A stretch of DNA of 63,371 bases, counting the filler, from Rhabdomonas costata (Eukaryota), in NCBI GenBank assembly GCA_019059605.1. It is 41 parts of 41 records of this genome, joined end to end, with 100 filler letters (N's around TTAATTAATTAA, not from the genome) between each part and the next. Parts side by side here need not be neighbours in the genome. Positions count along the whole stretch, not along the records: positions 23,220 to 24,666 come from JAHMHO010015677.1; positions 24,767 to 26,214 come from JAHMHO010015678.1; positions 26,315 to 27,763 come from JAHMHO010015679.1; positions 27,864 to 29,311 come from JAHMHO010015680.1; positions 29,412 to 30,859 come from JAHMHO010015681.1; positions 30,960 to 32,407 come from JAHMHO010015682.1; positions 32,508 to 33,955 come from JAHMHO010015683.1; positions 34,056 to 35,503 come from JAHMHO010015684.1; 33 more parts are not named here. One strand, 5' to 3'. The notes below the pieces were generated by a model. It ran no database searches, was not told the DNA's origin, and saw nothing but the letters and a program-made list of their open reading frames with translations. Below, piece by piece: positions 23,564 to 35,700 of the stretch. The translations under genes and the position numbers were made by a program. Position 1 is the first letter of the stretch. Every line of letters starts with the position of its first letter.

Positions 23564-24484
23564 CTCGTTTCCAATAAGGGCCAGCCCACTCAGGGTGTTG
23601 TTGCAGCCCAGGGCCTCCAGCAGTGCGGAGCCCCCAGCGGTACCGATCTTGTTGAACCGCAGGTCCATGCACACCAGCGTCTGGTTGGCCGTGAGCATCT
23701 GCGCCAGGGCCCGCGCCCCCTCTGCGGTGATCTTGTTGTTCCGCAGGTCCAGCTCGGTGATCGTCCGGTTTACTCGCAGCGCCTACCATACAATAGCGCG
23801 TGTGGAAACCATCTACCATCCGTAACAGCGCCGCTAGCGCTCTTTTTCCCCGTGAAGGCAGTTCCGCAAGTCACTGGCATTCATACTGCGACCTGGCAAT
23901 TTTCACTTAAGGATGGCGTCCGTTAGCTTCGTGTGGCAATGACAATTGTGGACCCTCAAATATCAGCATACGATTTGTTTGCTCTCATTTTAGAGGAAGC
24001 CAGAATCTTTGAAAAGAAACACGTGAACCATCTTGCAAAGTACCCATTCGGTTGCGATGTGACACAAATAGCGGGTGGGCACAAATTTCCACCTTTGTTT
24101 ATCCCATTGGCTGTCAGATCCAGAGATCACTCACCAGTATTTTAGGGAAAGACCCATCACCATTTTCTCTCGTTGTTTCATCAGTTGACTACAACAGGAC
24201 GAATTTTTATTGGCCAAACCGCCCTTCTCGGAAGGTCCAACTGTATCGTCATTGTGCAAAATTCCCGTACGGGGAACATTTCGTGAAGTTCGGTGCAACT
24301 TGGCATGACCGCATCTCCACTCTCACCGCACCCAAAGAGCCCAAAGAGCCCACCTGAGCCAGGGCAGCTATTCCACTCTCGGGGGAGCCGATGTTGTTCC
24401 ACTCCAGCGACAGGGCTTTCAGAGAGCGCGTAGCCTCCACAAGACGGGCTACCGCCACCGCACCCTCGGCACGGATGTTGTTGC
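23564..24484 (-). CDS. LRRC45: RNI-like leucine-rich repeat protein LRRC45 homolog, partial (exons 24484-24354 and 23782-23564)
   Basis: GNNIRAEGAVAVARL...LSLEWNNIG...|ALRVNRTITELDLRNNKITAEGA...MDLRFNKIGTAGGSALL..L..NNTL..LALIGN. The succession GNN-LEWN-LDLRNN-DLR(W/F)N-LxGN is that of LRRC45. Splice sites are canonical. Confidence 0.8.
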
Positions 24485-25392
24485 CTGTGGGGAGAGGGGA
24501 GGCAGTAATCTCCACTTTCATTGCAAGTCAGATGAAGCTTCGTTCTCTTCAACCTTGCCACGCAACGATTCACATACTTTATCACGCCAAACCATCACAT
24601 CAAGAAAGGGTAGTGTGATTTCGCGGGCCAGCGCATCTCGCTTCGGGTAATTAAGTCCAAAAAACCNNNNNNNNNNNNNNNNNNNNNNNNNNNNNNNNNN
24701 NNNNNNNNNNTTAATTAATTAANNNNNNNNNNNNNNNNNNNNNNNNNNNNNNNNNNNNNNNNNNNNGGGGTGGGGTCATATTTTTTCAGGAGTTCTCTTT
24801 TCATTGCATGCAAGTGCACAAGCTGTTGCAAGAGGTCGGAAGGTGCGCTTCTGGATTTCCTGTGTCACAGGAAGTGCGTCCTGGTGGAGCTGTTTTTTTG
24901 GAGCAGGTTATGTACGTATGTATTCGTACACTGCACAAGGTGACTTACTTAAATGGTGCTCTGAAAGGCCAGAAAGGTTATGGTGTAGAGCTATCTCTAG
25001 GGGACGTTGGGTGAATGCCCATTTTTGTTTTAAGCGGCTTGTCCTGATGTTCATTTCCTCCCAGAGAAAATCTGGCCTGATGGCCCGACCGCCTTGTCAA
25101 AACGTTTTCCGTTCTCTAGATTACTCAGTGGCTGGAGTCCGTAGCAAGCCCATTGGCTAGCAAGCAAAGGCTAAATAAGGCTAATGAAACATTTGTGCCC
25201 CCCTCAGCACCCGTGCAGTGCCTTTGTGTTTGCTGGCGCCAACCTTTGGCCTGTTTTTGTGTCGTTGAACTGCCTGCACCCTCCGTCAGCGCGGGCATGC
25301 TTGTTTTACCTCTGTGCCGTAGAGTTTTCACAAAGGCCTTGTCTTGCAACACAGAAACGTTTTGGGTAGTATCCTTATTTTGCTGGCCTCAG

Positions 25393-25657
25393 AGCGTGAT
25401 CGGGGGAGGAGCCAAGGACGGGCTGTTCTACTCACTGATCGTGAACGTCTCTCCGCTGTACTCCGCGAGGTGCATGGCGCGTTTGTCCCGGATGACCGCG
25501 CGGTGGCTGATGCACCGGGGGTTTAGTATCGGGATCGACGACGTCACACCCAGCCCCTTGCTGATGGAGGAGAAGCACCGCATTGTCCGCGAGGGCTATG
25601 CCCGGTGCACCCAGCTGATCTCGGACTACCAGCAGGGCAAGCTGGAGCCCTCGCCAG
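25393..25657 (+). CDS. POLR3A: RNA polymerase III largest subunit RPC1, internal exon
   Basis: SVIGGGAKDGLFYSLI...MARLSRMTARWLMHRGFSIGIDDVTP...EGYARCTQLISDYQQGKLEPSPG. The GFSIGIxDVTP motif with MxRLxR and GYxxC is characteristic of RPC1. Bounded by cag and gt. Confidence 0.9.
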
Positions 25658-26330
25658 GTGCCCTCCTGGACACTTTAGGGGGCAGGGAGAGGGTGCCCCC
25701 ATCAGGGGTCTGTGAACCCTATTAACCCCCTCTGGGCGAGAGCCTTTAGAGGCATTCGTCTTCCACGGAAGCATCATATCTACCGTGGGGTGGTCGTATT
25801 TTTATACAGATGGATTCATCATAAGCACAGCGACACAAGAAAGGGTCGCAGGATGTTTTTGTGTCTTCATTCACGCCAACCGTGGTGGTCAGCTCACTCC
25901 GTTCTCTCATTGCCGACGTGATATGGGCGATCACTAGAGCCATGATATGGCCATCCTTCAAGCATAAGCCGGTTCGCTGAGTAAAATATACCCACCCCGG
26001 GGCGATTCTGAGTGGCCTGACCCCCGTTTTTTTTAGCTAACAGGCCCCAGGGCCCAAGAAATGCTGGGGTGTTATCTTCATTACACCATTTGGGTTCCTT
26101 CTCAGTCGAGCCTCACTGGGTGGTTCCTTTGGTATGTATTTTGTATGTGCGTCTATCCTTGGGCTGTTCCATTGGTTTGTCAACTCGTGGAACAGCCCAA
26201 GGATAAACCCACACNNNNNNNNNNNNNNNNNNNNNNNNNNNNNNNNNNNNNNNNNNNNTTAATTAATTAANNNNNNNNNNNNNNNNNNNNNNNNNNNNNN
26301 NNNNNNNNNNNNNNCTTGTTCTCCACTGAC

Positions 26331-26332
<2 letters not shown>

Positions 26333-26366
<34 letters not shown>
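26333..26366. repeat. (GA)n microsatellite
   Basis: Directly visible. Confidence 0.95.
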
Positions 26367-26368
<2 letters not shown>

Positions 26369-28452
26369 GGTGCGGAAAGCTGCTCTCTCCAGGATAGTAG
26401 TTGCTGTCACGATGCCATGTTCCTGAGACAAAACCGCAGCTGCGTACGGTTTACGTAAATATTTCGGTTCAATTTTAAATCTGAACGCGGGGAGGGTTCG
26501 TTTTCGATGTGGGAACAATTTTTTGATCCGCAATTCTCAACTTTCCACATGCACAGTTTTGGTTACCTCTGATTGCGGAAAACCCAAACACTTCACCTGA
26601 ACTTCCTTCCAACATACTCTAGCGTGGCTGCCCTTACCGTCGTTTAGACCACCAGCACACAAAAGCCCACCCCTTTTCAGGGCGATGTCCTCTCTGGAAT
26701 GGCGTGAAAACAAACCGTTCAGAATGATTCTAGACTACACCTTACGCGTTAGACTTACCCTTTCACACCAAATTCCCAACTTTATTTGGAGGCACAGGAT
26801 TTGGAAATTGTACCAGTTAACAAAAAATGCTGCTTCTGCGTCAGCGCAATTTACAGCCGTACGTATTTTCCCGTGATTTGTCATTGCTTACTCCGTTTAT
26901 GGTTGGAACTCTTCATCGAAGAGAATCCGTTTCACTCTCTTTGTCACCGTTTTAATCTCTTTCTCACAAGATTCCGGCTGGGTTTTCCCTAGAGCTGAAG
27001 GACTGCACGACTGAACGTCCAAACACACTTAAACGTGCAATTTCCTTCGCACAAAACCATAAGAACTCGGATTCCCTTCCCTCAGTAGCATTGACCCCCA
27101 CCCCGCGATAGCAAATGCTGTCGGAAGGTCACCTTTAGACGACACTCAATAGCATGTGCTATGCACGAGGGGGGCGGGGGGCGAAGAGGTTCCCTGACCG
27201 ATTTCAAACTTGGGGGAGATTGTAGAGGACGAGACTTCACTGACCCGCAAACGTTCGTACAACAGGGAAAGAGTGAAACGCACGTGTTGATGGGCACACG
27301 GAGGAGGGGAAGTGGGTCTGGATGGGCTCAAATCCGTAACCCCATGACATCTGAAACAGAAACGCAAATGTTGCGGGTTGGTGAGCAGGATAAGATACGG
27401 GCGGGAAAGGGGTGACCCTATTTTGTACAGTTCTTGTGTGTGGACAGGGGACAGAAACCGTTTGCTGTGGTTGCGGTTCCAGTCTTTCACTTTCCCTCCA
27501 GCAAAGTCCTCAAACCCCAAAAAGAAACATCTTCAGCGAAACAACAAACCTGCACATGAAGCAAGTAGCGACATGCACCTGCCAAAAACAAGGCATGCAA
27601 GGTATGTTAGAAGTTCTCTCAGTGCGGTGTCGGTTGCCGCTATCAACCCTCCATTGAGACACTTTTCCTTTTTACACGTCGGACACAAAGTCCGCGTCGG
27701 TCACCTTTACCATGACAACGGCAGGTTCCCGTTCCATGCAAATTCGGATTAGACCCCCCAAAANNNNNNNNNNNNNNNNNNNNNNNNNNNNNNNNNNNNN
27801 NNNNNNNTTAATTAATTAANNNNNNNNNNNNNNNNNNNNNNNNNNNNNNNNNNNNNNNNNNNNGGTTGGTTGGTAATGAGTGGAACCGTGAAGCGGTGGA
27901 GTGAACCATCAGGAGGAGGCATGCGAGGCACCGAGCATGACGACGACAAGAAGACAGGAGGAACGAGCGCGTAGCGAGTGACGACACGTGATCGATAGAA
28001 AGAATAACGGGAGCATTCGAAGACCTGAGAATGCGACTCTTCAACCACTTAACCCAGTGAACAGGAGACATGAACGCAGTGAGTGTCGAGTGTGACGTCG
28101 TGAGGAGTGGAAGCGCGTAGCGGTGGAACGACGAACTACCACATTACGAACGGAGTGAGTGGAGCGTAGCGTAACGAACGTAGTGAGAGCGTCGCCGTAG
28201 GCGGTCTTCATCTTTACTCTCTTACCGGTCGGCCTTCGCTACACGCTCAGACCTCCCTCTATCATCACTCTTAGCATCTCAGTCCCCTTGTGCCTGGCAT
28301 CGTCACTGTCGGGGTGTCCTCAGTGTGGGAGTGTGGTCATCACCGTCACCCTCTGTCACACTCTCTCTCACTCTTACCCTTACGCTAGAATACCCCAACG
28401 TGGGGTGAAAGGTGAGGAGGGTTGGATGCTGAGGGTGGATTCGACGCAGCGG

Positions 28453-28872
28453 TCACCCTGTCACTGCTCGGTCCACACACGCTATGGTTGTTGTGTCATG
28501 GTACATCCTTCGTGTAGGTTGGGTAGTACCATGGTGGTCAGGGCGCACGACTTCCCCTTCCACGACACCACGACATAAGGTTACGAGTGATGCCGGCTGT
28601 GTGAGTTGTCGACCTAGCTGGTGTTGCGTGCATATATGGTGATGAGCCACACTTCCGCTCACAGTGTCGTAATCGACATCCTCACCCTCACTCATGGAGG
28701 CTGGGTAGACATAGCCACAAGGTGTGGTTGCCATCCACCATTCACCTCCACTTCCACAATCGGGGTCAGTGCCTAGGAGTTGAGTGCACGTGTCACCGTT
28801 CCTCCCTGTCCTTCCCTCATTGCGTGTCAGGTAGCCTTCGTACCAGATTGTCGCAATCGGATCACTTCTTGC
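28453..28872 (-). CDS. Intronless open frame (139 codons; ATG at 28734), possibly a degenerate His-Me finger/HNH-like endonuclease
   Basis: C..GEWWMATTPCGY...VAHHHI...LGRQL...LVTLCRG...VVRPDHH loosely follows CWxWxG...GY...AHR...G.IP...V.H.C...CVNPxHL. Key residues are altered, so the assignment is speculative. Confidence 0.3.
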   Translation of the reverse strand, partial: ARSDPIATIWYEGYLTRNEGRTGRNGDTCTQLLGTDPDCGSGGEWWMATTPCGYVYPASMSEGEDVDYDTVSGSVAHHHICTQHQLGRQLTQPASLVTLCRGVVEGEVVRPDHHGTTQPTRRMYHDTTTIACVDRAVTG

Positions 28873-29949
28873 TCAAGGTAGCTCTCATTGTCCTGTGTCC
28901 ACGTACGGAATGTTCTAAATGCGGGGCGTCTGTGATCTCACCTCTCGATAGGAGGAAGGAAGGCCAACGAAAGGAAACACGAGCAACACTGAGGATCACA
29001 CCGGGAACCACTTCAACCCCGCGGACAGCCAAGCACCGGCAACAACACCACGGAACCCACACCAACGACTCAACGACTCCGACTCACCCAACGACCCAAA
29101 ACCAATTAGCCCAAGAACCCGCCCTCCGAAGAGGGAAGAAGGAAACCGAACCCGAAGACAGAACCGTGAACCCTGAACCCGAAGACAGAATGCAAAGACC
29201 GATACACTCCTGACCCTGAACCCTGAACTCTGACCCTCACCCTGACGACAGAAACGCGTGACACCGTGACCCTCACACCCAACGCTTCGACTCACCCAAC
29301 GACCAAAAAAANNNNNNNNNNNNNNNNNNNNNNNNNNNNNNNNNNNNNNNNNNNNTTAATTAATTAANNNNNNNNNNNNNNNNNNNNNNNNNNNNNNNNN
29401 NNNNNNNNNNNGGGTTTTGGGGCAAGATTGGGCAGTTCTTAACAGGCCCTTTGGGATCAGAAGGAAGCTGGTTTGCGGACTTGTGCTGTGTCCATCACCA
29501 TGAAACAGTCAGTTGTACGAAGTAAGAGCGGGGCGTGGGAGGGTGGGTAGATGGGTTGCTCACGCCCTGTGGCTGTGGTTGGTCTATCCCAGCCCAGACC
29601 ATGGGAGTCGTGGGGTGGTGTTGTGCGTGTATTGTCCTCGACGCGGAAATTCTTCTTCAGAGGGTGGTGGTTCGTGTTTGCCGTTGTTTGTGCCGACTCG
29701 TCCTCTTGAGCTGCGGACCGCCACAGCCGGCACCGTGAGGTTCTGTCCAGCTTGCTTACCAAGAGGTTGGGGAAATACAATACTCTTTCGCCTCTTGCAC
29801 CGCAGTTTTCATTGACGACGGGTATGGGTTGGTGTTGGTAAAGTCCCGAATGTCCACCGACGAGGCCGTGCAGTGGAAACCTCTACATTGCGATTTGTGC
29901 AGAAGTGGCAAAAGTTCTCAGCAATAGGGTAGCTACCTTGTCCGACGAA

Positions 29950-30640
29950 CCTTAAGTTGAAGTGAAAGTGCGAATTTGGTCCGGACCAGGGCTTCAGTTA
30001 ATTCAAGTTACGAACAAGCCGCCACGGGCGGGACTCTTGGAAAATGTTCGGCTCACGGCCGGCTGCCGGAAAGCAACCCGAAACAGGACCAACACGCAGG
30101 CGGTACTTATCGAGGAAGAAGCAGTCAAAGACGCGCCCGGCCAAAAAGCCTGTGGTGCCCGGCCGTCCTGGTCAAGGCTGGGTTAGCTCAGCGTCCGCTC
30201 AATTGACGCAGAACGATAAGAGGACCAGTACGGACCAGGGCGGCTTCAAAAATAAGACCGGTCTGCCCTTTGCCGTTGCGTTTGTCTGTGTTCCGATTTT
30301 TGTGTGTTCCTGTTTAAGCGCCCGAAAGTTAGGTATCACGTTTGCTAGACAAGAGATTTTGTAAGGGAATGTTGGGCCCAAAGCAGTTCCATTGACGGAC
30401 AGACAGCTTAGAGCTGAACTGTTGCAGATGTTTTGAGCGAAGTGAGAATCAGTGAAATCTCATGAGATCGGTGAGGTGCCGATATGAAGTGAAGCTCAAG
30501 AGCTTAGCGTTCAAGAAAGTTGCAGAGAAAGAGGGAAGACCTTTGTAAGGAGTGGACCTTTGAGAGGAGAAAAGTGCGTGGAAAGGCGAGCGCCGAAGAG
30601 AAAGAAGAAATTGCAGAGCGCATGTGTCGAGGACGACCTG
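29950..30640 (+). mobile_element. Decayed ingi/I-group non-LTR retrotransposon (RT thumb to RNase H)
   Basis: VRLTAGCRKAT...QAVLIEE (cf. ARxITGCxxSTPxxxLxxEA), then LRAELL at ~30409 (RNase H AEL motif) and EWTF..KVRGKASAEE (cf. QWVPxHxGxxGNExAD). The order is right but the frames are broken. Confidence 0.45.
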
Positions 30641-31032
30641 GCTTGAGGACGCCGCTGTTGACGAGCAAGCTGGGGAGGAGGAGTTTGACGAGCAGCTGGT
30701 CTTGTAAAGTTAAGAAGGAGTGCGCAAGGAGTCCTTGGAGCAGTACAGGAATGCATGGCAGGCCAGCGGAACGAGGAGAAGCAGAGAGTGCAGGTTGAGG
30801 CCGCGAGGCCCCGGCCAGCAGCGAAAGGGAAGCCCCGACCCTCGGAGTAAGAGAAAAAGNNNNNNNNNNNNNNNNNNNNNNNNNNNNNNNNNNNNNNNNN
30901 NNNTTAATTAATTAANNNNNNNNNNNNNNNNNNNNNNNNNNNNNNNNNNNNNNNNNNNNAACCGTATCGCAGAACCGCTTGCATTTTTGTTTGATCACAG
31001 AGCTGATACATCAGTGGTGGTTTGCTTTGTAG

Positions 31033-31202
31033 GTTTATGTCACCTTTTCCCGGGGAATGGCGTTGTGGCAGAAGGAGCGGGTCCCAACCACTTCCCCGTC
31101 TGCTACTGCAGCTGCTTCTGCGGCCGCGGCAACCCAACCCACGGATTCGGAAGCCACGCAGACTGGGGCGGAAGACGCGGAAGTTTGTGGTGTATCGAAT
31201 GG
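31033..31202 (+). CDS. Probable exon of an unknown protein (frame uncertain)
   Basis: GC-rich block between tttgtag and a strong gtgagc donor, open in more than one frame. Confidence 0.35.
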
Positions 31203-32634
31203 GTGAGCTCTTCTCAACGGAAGTGGTGGGTCTGGTTCAATGGAAGTCAGACAGTGGACGAGGCTGACCCCAGAGCCGTTGATTCCGAAGCGAGTTTCCT
31301 CCCATGTTTCCTTATCGCTCTGGGACTTAAAGCAGTACCGACGGTGTCCTCCTAGTGAATTAAAAACCACTTGGTGAAGGAAGGCTGTCTTGAAACCCAT
31401 CGACGGAAGCACTGAGCAGAAACGCCTGAACTGTTGTGTAGTACTGCTTTTTGGGAAACCCCGAAGCGGAAATCTTTAGCTGAGGTATTAGCCTGTGTCT
31501 TTCCGAAATTAGCGGGATGTCCCTTCTCTCCCTCCTTCTACTCCAACCCGCCCGGTCCCCTTCTCCTTTGCACAGGGCACGCGGTCGCCGCCGGGGCGTC
31601 AGTCCCCATCTCCCCAGGATACAGAAATGAGGTTGCACAACCGCAAGCGTTATCCCCCTCCAGCTCCCATTTGTCTCTGCTTTTATCTCACCCCCACTCC
31701 ACGCCGTAGGCATGGTCCGTATGCACTTGCACGCCTCCCGTCATGCACCTCATGGGCTTCTTCGGGGGTAGGGGTGATCCACGTGACGTCCAAAGAGGAT
31801 TTGCTGGCATGATTCGCTAGGGCACAGAACTATCACTTCTCATCCCCACCCGCGGCAGCGGTTTGCAGCGGCTGTTACAATGCTGCGATGGGCTTGATAA
31901 CGGGCTTATATGTCGACTTTGCATTTTTCCGTTTATTTTGTATTTTGCAAATACATCAGCGAATACGATGCTGGAAACATGTCCCCAGACCCCACCCCTT
32001 GCCCACGATTGGCGGCCAGCTTCGCGGCTCCCGCTGAACGTCTTCGATAACTTTAAGTGGGACCACGACCAAATCTGAGAATAGGTAAAGACAATAATAT
32101 AAGCATAGTTACACCCCAAAACTCAGAAGAACGTGACGTAAGTCAACCTGGAGTCATCAGACCCTGTATAACTGCCATCGTCTTCAGCAGGATGGCTATA
32201 TGGTCCCGCGACTCCCCCTGCCATCTTGGCTCGCACCCATATCAAGGAAAGGTCTTGTTTTGTGTTGCTACGCACCGCAGACGCGAGAAAAATTGCACCC
32301 AGAATGCTTCCACATCACGCCTGCGGGTTGTGTGGATTTTGGTCCTTAGACGGGTACGTTTTCTGCTTGGAAAGCGCAAAACAGCTCAAAAAAAAAGAAG
32401 AATTCTGNNNNNNNNNNNNNNNNNNNNNNNNNNNNNNNNNNNNNNNNNNNNTTAATTAATTAANNNNNNNNNNNNNNNNNNNNNNNNNNNNNNNNNNNNN
32501 NNNNNNNGGGGCATTTGCTTCAGACGCTGCCAAAGGGAACGTCCGTCTCCCATCCGTCTTCCAGCGGCATTTTCAACTGTGGGTGGGTCTGAGATCCGTT
32601 CTTGGAAACCGGTGTGCTTGGTTTGTTCCGTCAG

Positions 32635-33150
32635 GACATGGAGGATACCATGCGGCTGAAGGCGATGCGAATCGCCCGCGGAGCGCTGGCGGTGGCTAAG
32701 AGTCTGCCCCTGCCCAGCCACATCCGCCTTACTTTGGAGGGCATCGACATCTGCCGCCGCTACGGGGTGCAGGCTCTGGGGGTATATGCATGCGCCGCGG
32801 ACCTTTCTGTGAGTGGGTGGGCAAGGAAGTGTTTCTTTTCTTCTCTTTCCACCCCGCCCTTGAAGTCAGAGTGTTCTAGCAAACCATGTCGTCGATAGTA
32901 GAAACGGTGCCTGCTCTGGGATAGATACACTCTCACACATTGTCGCACCCTCAATCACTCACTCACTCCAGGTACATGTGATGGCATCAGGGGCGGGATC
33001 CCATGGTTTGCTTCCAGATGCCGTGCTGTTTGGAGGTTGAGCGGGTGAGACTTGCGGGAAAGAAATTTGGTGTGCCCCCCCTCCTTGGTGTGCGCTCCCA
33101 GGGTTTGCTTCTGCGGGATGAGGTGTTCGAGGCGATCAACATGCTGCTGC
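32635..33150 (+). CDS. Hypothetical multi-exon gene (main exon 32635-32808, smaller exons downstream)
   Basis: cag|DMEDTMRLKAMRIARGALAVAKSLPLPSHIRLTLEGIDICRRYGVQALGVYACAADLS|gtgagt, with further cag-bounded exons near 32972 and 33102. Confidence 0.55.
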
Positions 33151-35700
33151 GTGCAGTGGGAGAAATAGACGGTTGGTGGTGGGTTAGACGGAAATTCCCC
33201 TTTCTGCGATTTGTTTCCCTCCCCAATTAACGATTACCCCTCCCCCCTCGACACTGTTGAACAGGACCAACTGCAGTACCTAAGATGAGGTGATGTCCCA
33301 GTGCGTGTGCACATCGCTTCCGTGTGTGGGTCCCCAGTGCGTGTGTGCTCCCTCCGGGTAGTCGGGTCCCAATGAGTGCGCTTGCGAGTTGTTGGAAGTC
33401 CAGATTGCTCCCATGGTGGCACTTTCTGCTGCCCCCCCCCCTTGCATGAGAATCCGGATATGGGTGGCAGCTTCCGCCAACCCCTACCTCCCTGAGAGTA
33501 TGAGAGTACACATTTTGTGTGTGGTCGTCTTTTCCTGCTTTGCTATGGTGGCGGTTCTAATTACTGAGTAAAGTATGTGGTACAACATACAGAGGGAAGG
33601 GAGGGCCAACGGGCCCACTTGGCGTCAAGTCACTTGGAGCTCAGCACACAACCCTTTGTGAACTCACAGAAATCGGAAGTTTTCAAAAGTATTGGTTTGG
33701 CCCTGCCTCGTCCTACTGAGCCCCCCCCGGGGGGGGGGTTGCATTCCAACGAAGCGAGTGACGGCCTGAGAATTGGTGTTCCATCTTAAGAGGTCTGGTA
33801 GTTGTCATGAGAGGTGCGAACAGAAACCGGCATAAGTGCATTTATGCCCCCCCCCCACCTCGCCACGTACCCCTCCCAAAAAGCTTCTATTTTAATCCCG
33901 GAAACCGTGCATCTCCTCCTAACCCCCTGCAAACTCAGAAAGGGGACCAAAAACCNNNNNNNNNNNNNNNNNNNNNNNNNNNNNNNNNNNNNNNNNNNNT
34001 TAATTAATTAANNNNNNNNNNNNNNNNNNNNNNNNNNNNNNNNNNNNNNNNNNNNGTTGGTTTGGCACTACTAAACGTTTTGGCTTGTGCTTTCTGGTAC
34101 TCTCGTGGGTGAACTTTGGCAAACATACGAAAAGACTATTTTAGGTGCTAAGGCCAGCGCCGCGGAGGCCAGTCCGCGGCGCGGCCGTAGCGAGCGGATG
34201 GGTAGGGACGTTCCATGGGGTGGACGATGGTCCGTTAAGTACTGCTATGCGCATAGCAGTGCTAAACGACCGGGTCGCATTTTATTTTTAAGGCACTGGG
34301 GTCAGGTAAATTGAGTCAAGTACTTCTAAATGCATTTATTTTAGAAAAATAGGGTCAGGTGTATTGTTGTTCGCCCCCTGGACAGACACAGTTTACTTTA
34401 GGGGGTTTAGGAAATTCACGACCGTATGGCAGTGCTAAACATTTAACACCCCCCCCCCAAAAAAAAAATACAAGAGGACCCCAATGACGCATTGCCGAAG
34501 AAAACCCTGGCCTATCCAGACCAAATGTGGTTTCCACAACAAGCAAAGGGGAGAGTGATTCGTGCGGTGGGCACAGGGTGGGAGACAGGCAAGCCACTGG
34601 CAGGAACAAAAAAAGGTCGAAATTGAGGCGACCACGACCAAAATCCCACAGCAAAAAACAAAAAGTGAAGGGAAAAGTGTTTGCTCCCAGCAATGCATTC
34701 ACCTGCACGCACTTGACTTCGCATCTTCGTTCACTTGCATTCCAACACACACTGTACATTCGGGCTTCACTCCGAAAAGCGCCCCGCGAAGTTCGACGGC
34801 CAGCATAGCTGGGGAAACATACGCTTTTGTCCGGAGGGGGAAGGGGTGTACACGGCACACCTAGATGCCGAGGCAAGCGTTAGGCTCCGATTCCGATGGA
34901 GCGCAAACGTACACCAAGGAGACGGGAGAGGGAAGGGGAAAAGTGTATGGGTATGAAAAGCGGTGAGCGCACAACAGCTAGAACTTCGAACAGCACCTTT
35001 TTTGAGAAAATCCCTCTGTAGAAACAACCCAAAGCGCCAGTCGACAAGACACGGGCGTATCTATGTCTGGTCTCGATGCGGCGCTCCATTCAGGAAACCC
35101 GACGTCGAAACTACAAAAGAAAAGCGTGTGCTAAATTCTCGCCCTCCGTATCCCTCCGTGTTGAAAGAAAGGCACCAGTTTTCCAACCATGCAGAATTGC
35201 ACGATGCTCCCAAAACATATTGAAAAAAGACACAGGCTGCACAAGAACACAATGTATTGGATCCAATATAGCAAGCGTGGGAAAAGAGACCTTGCATAGG
35301 GATGACCTCGCTAAAGCCTCCCTATAGAATGGTGGCGATGCCCATTTCAGTGGCGATCTCCAGCTGCAGCTTCACCAGATTGGAAACCGTCAAGGGCTGC
35401 GGCTGCTCATCCTCCTCTTCTCCCTCCTCCACCTCCGCGGCACAGTGGGTACCAAGACCCACCGCCGGAGGAGGCAGCGGCGGATCCTATCCCCCCACAC
35501 ACANNNNNNNNNNNNNNNNNNNNNNNNNNNNNNNNNNNNNNNNNNNNTTAATTAATTAANNNNNNNNNNNNNNNNNNNNNNNNNNNNNNNNNNNNNNNNN
35601 NNNTTGTTTGATGAATGGTCATTTGGCGCAACAATTGTTTAATGACTCTATAGGCTGTGCGGTTCCGATGGTGGGATGGGGTGGGATGGGGTGGCCTCAG

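Noticed and set aside
26367-27763. Short ORFs in this contig, and similarly in 37152-38599 and 61924-63371
   Set aside because: No recognisable motifs, and no exon chain could be supported with confidence.
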